The notes beneath the pieces are model-generated. The model was not told the DNA's origin. It searched no databases and saw nothing but the letters and a program-made list of their open reading frames with translations. Of a stretch of DNA of 64,000 nucleotides, positions 25,051-38,801 are shown piece after piece; position 1 is the stretch's first letter; every line of letters begins with the position of its first letter. Source of the stretch: the human T2T-CHM13v2.0 reference genome, Homo sapiens; NCBI RefSeq assembly GCF_009914755.1, contig NC_060926.1; one strand, 5' to 3'. The position numbers and the translations under genes were made by a program.

Positions 25051-25480
25051 TGTACTCTCTTTTTCTCTCACAGAAAGAATATCTCCAAATTTTACCTAGG
25101 GTAACAGTCATTCTGAAAAAAGACTACATTTCCTGTCACATTGCAGCTGCATATGACCATGTGATTAAGTTTTGGCCAATGGGATGTGAGTGACAGTGAC
25201 GAGAACAACTCCTGGATCTTGTCATTAAAATAAAGTGATGTGTCTATACCTTCTTCTTTCTCCTTTGTGCTGGCTGAAATGCAGACCCAAGGCACCACCA
25301 TAGAGACAATGTGGCTGGCAATAAGATAGAAGGAATTGGGTCATTGATAGCATAACCATACTAGCTCTAGTCTGCTTACACAAGGACTTTCATTTGAATG
25401 AGAAAGAAATTTTTATTTTGTTTATGCTGTATCATTGTGAATCTCTCTCCAGCAACTGAATTCATATGCTAACAAACATA
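25050..25480 (+). mobile_element. Old MLT1 (H/J-like) LTR
   Basis: TGCAGCT...CCATGTGATTAAGTTTTGGCCAATGGGATGTGAG signature. Confidence 0.6.
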
Positions 25481-25580
25481 GGTAGTGATCCCTGTCACAT
25501 CTCCATTATAGAACCCCTTTCCTTGCCTTGTGCAGATGAGAATCTTTAAGAATGTCAGTAGAATTACTGTACACTTATTC

Positions 25581-25992
25581 TTGGCCCACTGCAACCTCCA
25601 CCTTCCGGGCTCAAGAGATTCTCCAGAGTAGCTGGGATTACAGGCACCCAACACCATGCCCAGCTATTTTTTTTTTTTTTAAATTTTTAGTAGAGATGGG
25701 GTTTCACTATGTTGGCCAGGCTGGTTTTGAACTCCTGACCTCAAGTGATCTGCACACCCCGGCCTCACAATCAAGTAGTGATTTTTCAATGCAGATGCTA
25801 TTCCACATGATATCTTTTAGTTGAGTAAATCAACACAATCCTGACACGTGACATTCAGCGTTTGTTCTGGCAATTTTTTTTATAAGAGGAAAAGGGTCTC
25901 ACTATGTTGCCCAGGCTATCTCGAACTCCTGGCCTCAAGCAATCCTCCTGCCCTGAGTAGCTGGGATTACAGGCTTGAGCCATAATGCCAAA
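25581..25992 (-). mobile_element. Two Alu fragments (partial Alu 25581-25770; left-monomer/FLAM-like 25873-25992)
   Basis: CACTGCAACCTCCACC...TTTTAGTAGAGATGGGG and GGGTCTCACTATGTTGCCCAGGCT...GCTGGGATTACAGG. Confidence 0.85.
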
Positions 25993-26689
25993 CTAAAAAC
26001 TTTTTGAAAAATCCCAATAAGTAAAGAGCACAAGAAGTAGCTTGCTTTGAGATATTCTATTTCAGGTATACCAACTCTTTCACTCCTTGTAATATAGGAG
26101 GTGGCAGACACCCTAATTGCATCAAAAAGGTGCATGATTGACAGAGAGTGAGGAGTAAATCCAAGGAAAATTTAGGGTCCTGATATCTCAGTGAAAATAC
26201 GGGGGATCAAATGAAATGGGGCAAACTGAGATTCTTCCAAAATAAAAAGCAATTTACTTCACTTTGCACCATCTATGACTAATATATTTTGCAGAGTTTT
26301 CCTCCCAAGATTATTAAATTAGATTAAATTAATTTAATTGAAGAGAAAGGGAAGCTAAATAAAGTCACTGTTCTTATCCATATCTAACTTTTGATTTTTT
26401 TTTTGGTGGTTATAAACAGCCTGGACAAATGGCTTGAAATATGAAAGACCTAGTACTTTTCATAGTTTGAATAAATTCTATACAGTGTGGGATAGGAAAG
26501 CCACAAATGATTTGCAATGTGAAGAAAACTTATTGTATAGATAGTTAGGAGATAACTTTAAAAATGTGAAATAAGGAAGTCAAAGATGCAAGGAAGAAAT
26601 GTGCATGGTTAAATAAAATGAGAAACTAGAAGAATAAAATGAGTAAAATTATATATATGTAAGGTTTTTGAAAAAGAATCTTCACAAAT

Positions 26690-27330
26690 TTCCCATGGAA
26701 ATGTAAACTGGTATGGCCATTGTAGAAACATTCACACGGTTTCTCAAAACGTGGGAGTTAACATATGACTGAGCAATTTTACTCCTAGGTATATCCCTAA
26801 GAATAGGGAAGAAATATCCCTAAGAAACTAGAAAATATATTATCGTAAAAACTTGTACACAAATGTTCATAGCAACATTATTTGTAATAGTTCAAAAGTA
26901 GAAACAAGCCAAGTATCTATCATCTGATAAATGGATAACAAATTTGGTATATCCATACAATAGAATATTATTCAGCTATAAAAATAATAAATGCTACAAC
27001 AAAAACAATCACTTGAGACACTATGCTAAGTGAAATAAGCCAATCACAAAAGGACAAATACTGTATTATTCTACTTATATGAGGTATCTAGAGTAGTTAC
27101 AGTCATAGAGACAGAATGCAGTTTAGTGATTTCCCGGGACTGGAAGGAGGGAAGAATGGAGAGTAAACAGCTAGTGGGTAATGGGTTTCTTTCCAGGGTG
27201 ATGAAAATATTCTGGAATTAGATAATGGTAATGGTTGCTCAACTCTATAAGTACACCAAAAACCACTGAATTGTATACTTCAAAATGGTGAATCTTATGG
27301 AATGTTAATTAGAGCTCATTTTTAAAAAAT
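26690..27330 (+). mobile_element. L1 3' end (L1MB-like)
   Basis: GCAATTTTACTCCTAGGTATAT...AAATGTTCATAGCAACATTATT...GGTGATGAAAATATTCTGGAATTAGAT...CCACTGAATTGTATACTT. Confidence 0.85.
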
Positions 27331-28532
27331 GAGTGGGAAATGCAATTGCAATATGTCTTCTCTTACCTTGTATGACACCATATGCTCTTGTTTTCTCTTT
27401 ACCTCTTCGACCACTCTTTATGAGTTACTGTGCAGATTTCTCTTTTGCTCATCCCTTAAATCTTTGGTTTTCCTCAGGATTCTCTCCTAGGCTTTCTTCT
27501 GTTTTCTTCTTACACAATCTCTGCATTAGTTAGTAAGGCAGTTAATGCTTTGAACAATTTTCATATGCACAAATTTCATTTATTACTGTTCAGTTAAATG
27601 ACACTAGACCCCACATGGTTTAAATTTCAGTTACGCAGTGTATTAATTGTGAGTAACTGCTTAACGTATAAGCTTCACTGCTAGCTCTTTAGTACACGAA
27701 TCTCTATGTAAATAACAGACATATATCATGGTCAGTGACCAATCACATCAGTTGTTTCAAATTCTGTTAGTGATTGGTCACTGCCTATCTGTTATTTAGT
27801 TTATGCACAGACAGCAAAGCCTTAGTTGGGTGGCCTCCTTCTTTCCTAGTATTAAACCCATATGACATTAAAGAAATGAATATTAGAGAAAAGTGACCAA
27901 CAGCAATTAAAGTGCAGCAAATAAATTAAAAACGATAATGCTGGAAGTGAAATTGAATGTGATGAGGAGATTTGAAAATGGAGACAGCAAAGTGAAGACA
28001 GGATGAGACCTAGGCCTGCCTGAAGCTAGTGAACAAATGATGTTGAAGAAGTCAGATCATTCAAAAACAAGGTAATGTAGCTTCAACATTGTTTAGTTTA
28101 AGTTGCACTCAGAACAGAAAGCTGCTTAGGGTAAAAATGGAGCATTTACTTCTACTTAGGATTGAACAGTGTAGTGAAAACAAAAACCCAATCAGCTTAA
28201 CAACTATCATGCAGGCCAAACTCTGAAGTCAGGTGCTGCATTGAAAGGAATCAGTAATTACAAGGAGACCGAAGATAAATGTTTCCCTGACAGTGAAGGC
28301 AGATTTTAGTGTTTTAGAAACTGGCATGACTTCACAGTGTTTGAATTGAACATTAATGGGATTTTGGAAGAAATAGCTGACTGGGAATGTTGACACTTGC
28401 TATTCAAAAGACTCTAGGCTGGCAGCCACAGGAACTTCATTAAGGCAAATGTATAGACTTAAAAGAGTAAAGTGGTTGTGACAAAAAGGATGACAATATC
28501 CCAGAGGAAGTAACCACAGTAAAGAAAAACAG

Positions 28533-29281
28533 GCGGGCCGTAGGAGGAAGATGGCGGTGGGGTCGCGCGTTACCCGGGAGGAGATTAAGACGGAGCCAGA
28601 GAACCCGATCAACCGTGAGAAAACATGCCTGCTGCTGCTGCGCATCTTCACCACCAATAATGGCCACCACCACCGAACGGACGAGTTTTCCCGGGGAAAC
28701 GTACAGTCCAGAGAGTTGCAGATCTACGCTTGGATGGATGCAACCTTGAAAGAACTGACAAGCTTGGTAAAAGAAGTCTACCCAGAAGCTAGAAAGAAGG
28801 GCACTCTCTTCAATTTTGCAGTCGTTTTTACAGATGTTAAAAGACCTGGCTATCGAGTTAAGGAAGTTGGTAGCACCAAGTCTGGCAGAAAGGGGACTGA
28901 TGATTCCATGACCCTGCCGTCGCAGAAGTTCCAGGTAGATTACTTGGACATAGCAATTACCCCTCCGCATCGGGCACCACCTCCTTCAGGGCACATGAGA
29001 CCACATTAAATTCTATTTACTATTTCTTGTGTTTATTTTTTGGTCAGTTATGTAAAATAAACTTACTCTTTTTCCTCCCCAGATTATTGTCATTAAGCCT
29101 TTGAATTCTAAGCAAATTATAATCCATCATCTATTTAGGAATTAGATTTGGATGTGCTATTGTATAATTACTAATACAAAGTCCATATGTTTCCAGCCTT
29201 TTTGTAAAATATGAAGAAATGCTCTTAGCATTCTATGTAAAACTGTACTGTTAAATATATGTGTGTAATAAAAAAAGCAAC
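28533..29281 (+). pseudogene. SAP18P2: Processed SAP18 (Sin3A-associated protein 18) retrocopy; ORF 28551-29009 still open, 152 aa
   Basis: Intronless ORF MAVGSRVTREEIKTEPENPINREKTC...WMDATLKELTSLVKEVYPEARKKG...DYLDIAITPP is clearly SAP18-derived. It has a short 5' UTR, a 3' UTR, an A-rich tail (~29267-29280) and flanking direct repeat AGAAAAACAG (28523-28532, 29282-29291). The pseudogene number is from memory. Confidence 0.93.
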
Positions 29282-29624
29282 AGAAAAACAGACAAAAACC
29301 CTTCAAATTAAAGGAAAACTCAGAGATATTTTACAGCATTGAAAGGGCAAAAAGTAAAATGTTGGAAGGTGATCCAAACTTATAAAGGAGTGTAATAATT
29401 CACTAAGACAGAAAAAATGCTTATCCAAACTACTTTTGATACACTTTTACAAAGAAATACAACATTTGAACGCTTAATTATCTAATAAATTTTAGTATAC
29501 TAAATAAATATTAATTTTATAAGTTTTTAGTTTCTCAAAATAAGAGTCTTCTTTAATATTTTAACAAAAAAATCTAAAGGTCTTGGACCAACTTTTCAGA
29601 GTTTCAGCTTGTAAAGTCATTTTT

Positions 29625-29910
29625 ATTTATTTATTTATTTTTAAGACAGAGTCTCACTCTCACCCAGGGTGGAGTGCAGTGGCATGGTCTCGGCTCACTG
29701 CAACTTCCACCTCCTGGTTTCAAGCAATACTCCCACCTCAGCTCCTGAGTAGCTGGAACTACAGGCATGCGCCACCACACCCGGCTAATTTTTGTATTTT
29801 TAGTAGAGACAGCGTTTCGCCAGGCTGGTCTCGAACTCCTGACGTCAAGCAATCCGCTGCCTCACCCTCCCAAAGTGCTGGGATTACAGGCATGAGCCAC
29901 TGCACCTGGT
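29625..29910 (-). mobile_element. Alu (AluS-like) inserted in the Tigger element
   Basis: Reverse Alu with TSD GTAAAGTCATTTTT at 29611-29624 and 29912-29925. Confidence 0.94.
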
Positions 29911-30999
29911 GGTAAAGTCATTTTTTATGGTCCTGCACTACTATGCAGAGCTAGGGCTGCCTATATTCATTAGGATACAACTCAAACTGGTATAAGAAAA
30001 GCAGGCACTTCATTGGCTCACATATTTGAAATGCCTAGTCTTTGGTCTTGCTTCAGGCATGGCTGGATTCAGATTTGAAATGACATAAAAAGAACTCAAT
30101 TACCCTTCATCTCAAACTTATATATTAGATTCCTTCTCAGGCTCAATGTGATGGCCTCCAGTTGCTATCATCCTCATGGTGGCAAGATGGCTTCAACAGC
30201 TCTAATTTCATATTTTTCCTGGTTCCTAGGAAAACCTGGTTCCTGGTTCATATTTTTCATAGGTTCCTAGTCTAATGGAATTGAGTGGAGTAGACTTTTA
30301 TTTCTAAGTCAGCAACTCCTGCACACATCCTTAGACTGACATTTACTTTACTAGTTGAGGCTGCCAACCTTACACCCCAATCACTGTGGCCAGGTGTGTT
30401 TCATATTCTATCCTTGGGGACAAATTTAGGCGGAGCCCCATCCAAATCACACAGATTATTGGTGAAGAAATGCAAAATACTCCAAAAAATTAAGGAGAAT
30501 ATGCTGGCAGACAGACAATAAACATCTATGAACTACCCTTGGTCCTACACCTTTAATTATCCCCCACATGAGAAGGGCTCCAAGATCTGTCCAGAAATTA
30601 TGAAGTATGTTCCCTAACAAGACAACTCCCCTTGGATTCCCTGCAAATACCTCAAAATCAATGTGTTTGAAGGTGAACCTCTTATGTCCTCCACCCCCAA
30701 CCCCAACCAAGTCTATGTCTCCTCTTCGTTCTCTATCTCAATGCATGTCATCACTATCCACCTTAGTTGCTCACACTAGAAATCTGGGAAATAGCTTAAC
30801 TCCTTACTCTCCCTCACCCAAGACTAAAATTAATCACCAATAGACTCTTGTTAACTGTAACCCTGGTATTTTTTAATTCAACCTATTTCTCTTCATCAAT
30901 ACTTCTCTTGTCTCATTTCAGCTGCCATCTTTATCTTTTGCCTGCATCTCAGCAATAACCTTTTTAACTTAATGCCCAGTCATTGCTTTTGGTTTTTAA

Positions 31000-32007
<1,008 letters not shown>

Positions 32008-32589
32008 ACTAGACAATTGATTATCTTCTAAACTTTTTCCATACTGTAGCCAGAATTATCTTCAGTAAACATATCATGATCACGTAACCTTCAGTTGCAT
32101 GTTTAAATCCTTCAGTGGCTTCTCATTAACTTCAGGATAGTCTGACCTCCTTTAACATGTTTTATAAAAACTCATTCATGATTTCTTCCCTGGCTAACTT
32201 TTCTAGCCTTACTTCTCAACTGCTCCCTTTTCCACCTCTTCCCCCTATAGCTCATCCTCCACTTCCTATATACACATATACACTCTATGCATCAGTCACT
32301 CTGAAATTTGTTCAGGTCTGTGAAAATGCTATACTTCCCCTCATCCCCAACACTATTCCTTCTGACAGATGCGCTTTCTCCCTCATCACCTGGCCAACTC
32401 CTGCTTATCCTTGAGGTCTCAAGATAGCATTTTCTCCAGGAAAATTCCTTAATAAATTCCCTCCACCAAGCTTCATTAGTACCCTTACTGTGTGTTCCCA
32501 GAGCACTCAACCTTTGCCCTAACAAAGTACTCTGTGTCAATCACACTCTGTAACTGTCTGCTTACTTATCACCTTTCCTCTAATTCCAT

Positions 32590-33030
32590 GCTGGCCTATG
32601 TGGCTCTTGGACACTAAACTGTAACTAGTATGACTGAGGAACTGAATTCTTAATTTCAATTGCTACAAATTGTAAATTAACACTGATATCTGAATCAGTT
32701 ATAGTAAAAATTTAAAGATGTTTGGAACAACTTGGGTATGTGAGTCTACTTTTTCAACTGTAAGTTGATGAGATCTAAATACAGATGAGAATTAAGCATC
32801 TGAATTGAGATGTGCTGTAAGTATAAAATACATTGAATTTTGAAGACTTAGTACAAAATAAGGAATATAACTTTTTAGATAGGTTACCTGTAGAAATAAT
32901 ATTTTTGATATAGCAGTTTACATAAACTATTTAAATCAATCTTATTTATAATTCAGTCACTTTTTAGTATAGCCACTAGAAATTTTTAATTACATATGTG
33001 GCTTACCTTATATTTCTATTAAACAGCACT
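32590..33030. mobile_element. hAT-Charlie DNA transposon remnant (Charlie1/MER33-like)
   Basis: ATGTGGCTCTTGGACACT...TGACTGAGGAACTGAATT...AATTGAGATGTGCTGTAAGTATAAAATACA...ATATGTGGCTTACCTTATATTTCTATT. Confidence 0.7.
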
Positions 33031-33776
33031 GACCTAGACTATAAATTCTGTGGAGACAGGAATCACAACTGTCTTCTTTACTTATTTTTAAAATTTTTAT
33101 AGCATTCACCATGCGTTGGGTGTTAATCTATGCATTAACTAGGAATTGCAAGCATTAACTATTTTGATCCTTTTAACAACCTTTTGAGCTAAGCAGTATC
33201 ATTATCCACATTATACATATGAAGAAATTTACACAAAAGGATTCACTTAACTAGATCAAGGTCACAGAGTTGACCCTATGGAGTTAGACTGTAGAGGGGA
33301 TACAGAAATTATACTCCCAATAACTTTGTTATACTGTTTCTTGTTGGTTCTCTTATTACAGGTGTCCAGAGAAACAATTACTACCCAACTTTTTAAATTA
33401 ACAACCATCATGATTCAATTACTCTTTTAAAATTAATCAATCTGTTCATTCCATAAGTATTAATTGAACTCTTAGTGCCAGGTACTGTGCTGGGTAATAA
33501 GGACTCTAAGTTGAGTGAAACAAATGCTTTATTTATAAAGAAACTCTTTCTGATGGTGGTGACAATCATATAATGAAATAATAATAACAAAATATTATAC
33601 AACACAAATATACATGAAGAATCACCCATATCAGCCTGGAGAAGAGGAACAGGAGGGAAAAAGTGAGAGAACATCTTGAACAATGAGTAGGAGTAAACTA
33701 AAAGTGGGTGAGTGGGAGGGGAGAGGTAGTTGAAGCAGGCGAGAAGGTGAGCAGAGCTAAGAAATAGCCTGGTGTT

Positions 33777-34098
<322 letters not shown>

Positions 34099-35324
34099 TT
34101 AAGGCAGTACATAACAAGTTCATATTTACCTACATAAAAGATCACTCTGGGTGAAGTTGGAAAAGAGATTGGTGGAAAGTAATTATCACTTAAACCAGAG
34201 AAACAATTAAAAGCCTATTGCTCTAGCTCTGAACACAGATGACAGTAGTTTACATTAAAATGGGGGCAGTGGTGAAGGAATAGACATATTTTCAAGATAT
34301 TTAAAGGATAAGACCCAACTTGATATTTGGTTGGCAGAAAGGTGGGGGCGGGGATTTGTTGCAGATATTTCAAGTTATTTAGTCAATATGTATTTTCACT
34401 TTTTTCCTGCTAAAGGAACTCTGGCTTTCTGAGGAGCCAATGTGTTCATCTTGAATAAATGGATCTTGTTTGGAATAGTTCAGTTATAACAATCCTGTTC
34501 CCTGTTTTCTCAGTCTCCCTTATAGCTGGGGTAGTGATCCGGCCTATTCTGCATAGTGAACTGTAAAGATAAGTCTACTAGGAGGCTCTTCAGGAAAAGC
34601 TGTTTCCTTGTAAAAGAGACTCACAAGACTGCTTCTTTCTACTTCTGTTTCTTTTGAACATGAAGGAGATGCAGTTCTTTCTCAATTCCATCAGGGAATA
34701 CCACATGAATTGTAGAAATATTGCTGGACATTTTTAGGTTATTGAATCAACACCACAGCAATCTGCCTTGAACCTACTTATGTGAGAAAAAGAAAACAAC
34801 AACATTTAAGCTACTGTAAATTGAGTTGTCCATAACTTGTAACTGCACATAACTATTTGATATTGGGTTAAATGAGTAGTCAAGGGTTTTCTCTGGTTTC
34901 TGATTTAAGCAATTAGGTAAATGGTACAGGGAAGTCTGGGAGTAGAGCAAGGTTAATGAGAAATTTGTTGGGCTAAAGACTGTTTATGCTAAGTTTGATG
35001 GTTGTGTGCACATCCAGGTGACAAGTGGACCATTTGATATACATGTTCAAATTTTGAAAGAGAGCTCTGCCCTTGAGACACAGATTTGGGACACATGAGC
35101 ATAGTAGCATCAATTCATCTAGAAAGAGAAAGATACATAAAAGAAAAATATATTTCATATAAAATCATACCTTTCAAGTACAAATATGACATGCAATTAC
35201 CAGCCTCACCTCAAGATATGTAGAGCTGGGATGTTATCTGGCTGCCTAGTTTGAAGATAGGATACAACATCACTTGAATATAGACTAGAAGCATGTAAGA
35301 AAATAAGGAAATCCAGTAGCAATA

Positions 35325-35740
35325 TGTAGGTTTGGGTTCCTTAAAAGTAGACCCTGAGACAAAAATTCAAGTTATTTGTGAAGTTATCCCAGCACACATA
35401 GGTAGGAGAGTGGAGAGAAGTGATTTAGGAAAATTAAGGAAGTTAACAAAGGATGTGTTATCAGGCAATTACTTCTGTGGGTAACTGGAGCTTTTACTGC
35501 TGGAGAAATCACAGAGCCATTATGCAACATATGCCTCAGAGTTATTCCACCTGGGTATGAGAGACCTGGCCTGTGTATAGGCCAATTTCTGTTGATTAGT
35601 ACTAAAGGCTGCTCCTACGTGCACAGGCAGAACAGGCTCTACAATGAGATGCAGGTGCTGGCAGTTGAAAGTCTGTCTAGCATACACTGTAATGGTAAGG
35701 TCCAAGGATTATGGGTGAGGATTATTGTCAGCATCTGAGA
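35325..35740 (-). mobile_element. Old ERVL-class LTR (LTR16/LTR33-like)
   Basis: TGTAGGTTTGGGTTCC...AGACCCTGAGACAA start; similar to the elements at 51279 and 62095. Confidence 0.55.
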
Positions 35741-36523
35741 TGGAGCATAATCAAAGCCAGGAAAGCCATAGGATAACAATGGGGCCATTAGAAAAGGATA
35801 AGAAGAGTTAAAACAAAAAAGGAGACAGAGTCTAAGGGAATTTTCTGAGTTAAACAAGGTGTTTACAGTGACTCAGATTATTCCAGCCATCTTGGGTATC
35901 AGCAAGAAGAGACCTAAGGAACACTATGCTATAAAACTGCAACTTTGGTGGCATTTGAAAAGTAATTCCTGCTTTTACTACTAACTCTTAATTCTCAGCA
36001 GACTAAAAATACATTTTCCCATCTTAAAAAAGAACAGTCCTTGAGAGAAAATGAAACAAACCAACCAAAACCTCTGTCCACTCCTAAAATATTTCACTCC
36101 ATCTTGTTTTTCTTCTTGTAGTTGTTTTGTAATTTTAAAAAATTTAACTTTCATTTTAAGTTCAGGTGTACATGAGCAGGTTTGTTTCATAGGTAAAACT
36201 GTGTCATGGGGATTTGTTGTACAGATTATTTCATTACCCAGGTATTAAGCCTAGTATCCATTAGTTATTTTTCCTGATCCCTCTCCCCTCACTTCTCCCA
36301 CCCTCCAACCTCCACCCTCCAATAGGCCCCAGTGTGTGTTGTTCCCTTCTTTGTGTCCATGTGTTCTCATCATTTAGCTCCCACTTATAAGTGAGAACAT
36401 ATGGTATTTGGTTTTCTGTTTCTATGTTAGTTTGCTAAGGATAATGGCCTCCAGCTTCATCAATGTTCCTACGAAGGGCATGATCTTTTTCTTTTTCATG
36501 GCTGCATAGTATTCCATGGCGTA

Positions 36524-38801
36524 TGTATTAGCCTGTTTTCACACTGCTATAAAGAAATGTCCGAAACTGCATAATTTATGAAGAAAAGAGGTTTAATTGA
36601 CTTACAGTTCCGCATGGCTGGGGAGGCCTCAGGAAACTTACAATCATGTGAAATGGGAAGAAGGCACATCCTACATTGCAGCAGGCAAGAGAAGTGAAGT
36701 GCAAGCAAAGGAAAAACTGCCACTTTTAAAACCATCAGATCTCATAAGACTCACTCACTATAATGAGAACAGCATGGGGGAAAACGGCCCCCATAATCCA
36801 ATCACCTGTCATCATTTTTCTCCCTTGATACATGGGGATTTTAATTCAAGATGAGATTTGGGTGGGGACACAGAGCCAAACCATATAATTCTGCCACTGG
36901 CCTCTCCAAAATGTCATGTCTTCACATTTCAAAACACAATCATGACTTCCCAACAGTCCCCCAAAGTCTTAACTCATTCCAGCATTAACTCAAAAGTCCA
37001 AGTCCAAAGTCTCATCCAAGACAAGTCCCTTCCACCTATGAGCCTTAAAATCAAAATCAAGTTGGTTACTTTCAAGATACAATGAGGGTACAGGCATTGG
37101 GTAAATGTTCCCATTTCAAATGGGAGAAATTCGCCAAAATGAAGGGGCCACAGGCCCCGTGCAAGTCAGAAACCCAGCCAGGCAGTCATTAAATCTTAAA
37201 ACTCCAAGTAATCTCCTTTGACTCCACGTCTCACCCAGGGTACTTTGATACAAAGGTTGTACTCTCAATGCCTTGGGTAGCTCCCTCATGGGCTGGCGTT
37301 GAGTGTCTGCAGCTTTTCCAGGTGCAAGGTGCAAGCTGTCGGTAGATCTACATTTCTGGAGACTGGAGGATGGTGGCCCTCACCTCACAGCTCCACTAGG
37401 CAGTACCCCAGTGGGAATTCTGTGAGGGAGCTCCAACCCCACATTTCCCTTCCATACTGCCCTAGCAGAGGTTTTCCATGAGGGCTCCACCCCTGCAGCA
37501 GACTTAGGCCTGGACATCCAGGCATTTCCATACGTCCGCCGAAATCTAGGTAGAGGTTTCCAAGCTCAATTCTTGTCTTCTGTGCAACTAACTGCAGGCC
37601 CAACACCACATGGAAGCTGCCAAGGCTTGCAGCTTGAACCCTCTGAAGCAATGGCCCAAGCTGTACCTTGACCCCTGTTAGCCACAGCCAGAGCTAGAAC
37701 AGCTGGGATGCAGGGCACCAAGTCTTGAGACTGCACAGAGTTGTGGGGTCCTGGACCCAGCCCACAAAACCATTTTTCCCTCCTAGGCCTGGCCTGTGAT
37801 GGGAGGGGCTGCTGCAAAGATCTCTGACATGCCCTGGAGACATTTTCCCCATTGTCTTGGCTATTATAATAACATTTGGCTCCTTGTTACTTATGCAAAT
37901 TTCATATCCAGCTTGAATTCCTCCCCAGGAAATGAGTTTTTTCTTTCTACTACATAGTCAGGCTGCAAATTTTCCAAACCTTTATGCTCTGCTTTCATTT
38001 TATACGTAAGTTTCAATTTCAAACCATTTATTTGTGAAGGCATAAAACTGAAGGCTTTCAGAATCAACCAGGTCACCTCTTGAATGTTTTGCTATTTAGA
38101 AATTTCTTCCACCAGATACTGTTGCAGGAAGTCAGGAACCCCAAATGGAGGGACTGGCTGAAGCTGCGGCAAAAGAACATAAATTGTGAAGATTTCATGG
38201 ACATTTATTAGTTCCCAAAATTAATACTTTTATAATTTCTTACGCCTGTCTTACTTTAATCTCTTAATCCCATCATCTTCATAAGCTGAGGATGTATGTT
38301 GCCTCAGAACCCTGTGCTTACTGTCTTCTTCTGAGCCCTCCAAACTATTCCAACTTTTGCCTGTTACCCAGCTCCAAAGTTGCTTCCACATTTTTGGGTA
38401 TCTTTATAGCAGTATCCCACTCTGCTCGTACCAATTCTCTGTATTAGTCCATTTTCACACAGCTATAAAGAAATGCCTGAGACTGGGTAATTTAAAAGAA
38501 AAGAGGCTTAATTGATCACAGTATTGCATGGCTGGGAAGGCCTCGGAAACTTACAATCATGGTGGAAGGGGACACAGGGACATCTTACATGCTGACATGC
38601 AAGAAAACTGAAGTGTAAACACAGGAAAAACTGCTACTTTTAAAACCATCAGACCTCATGAGACTCACTCACTATCATGAGAACAGCATGGGGGAAACAG
38701 CCCCCATAATGCAATCACCTCCCATCAGGTTCCTACCATCACACATGGAGATTACAATTCTAGATGAGATTTGGGTGGAGACACAGAGCCAAACCATATC
38801 A
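36524..38801 (-). mobile_element. Two-LTR THE1 (THE1D-like) MaLR element
   Basis: LTRs at ~36524-36885 and ~38440-38801 flank MaLR internal sequence; 5-bp TSD GCGTA/GTGTA at 36519-36523 and 38802-38806. Confidence 0.9.
38120..38316 (+). mobile_element. 5' fragment of MER11-family (HERV-K11/HML-8) LTR
   Basis: TGTTGCAGGAAGTCAGGAACCCCAAATGGAGGGACTGGCTGAAGC...AGAACATAAATTGTGAAGATTTCATGGACATTTA matches the remembered MER11 start. Confidence 0.8.

Larger units (their letters stand above)
27535..29963 (+). mobile_element. Tigger-family (TcMar; Tigger6-like) DNA transposon hosting the SAP18 retrocopy and an Alu
   Basis: Degenerate terminal inverted repeats (AGGCAGTTAATGCTTTG... / ...GCAGAGCTAGGGCTGCCT) near TA dinucleotides, an internal hairpin at 27709-27798, and sequence continuity across the two inserts. 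Confidence 0.7.

Noticed and set aside
28440-28970. 176-aa minus-strand ORF
   Set aside because: Antisense shadow of the SAP18 retrocopy.
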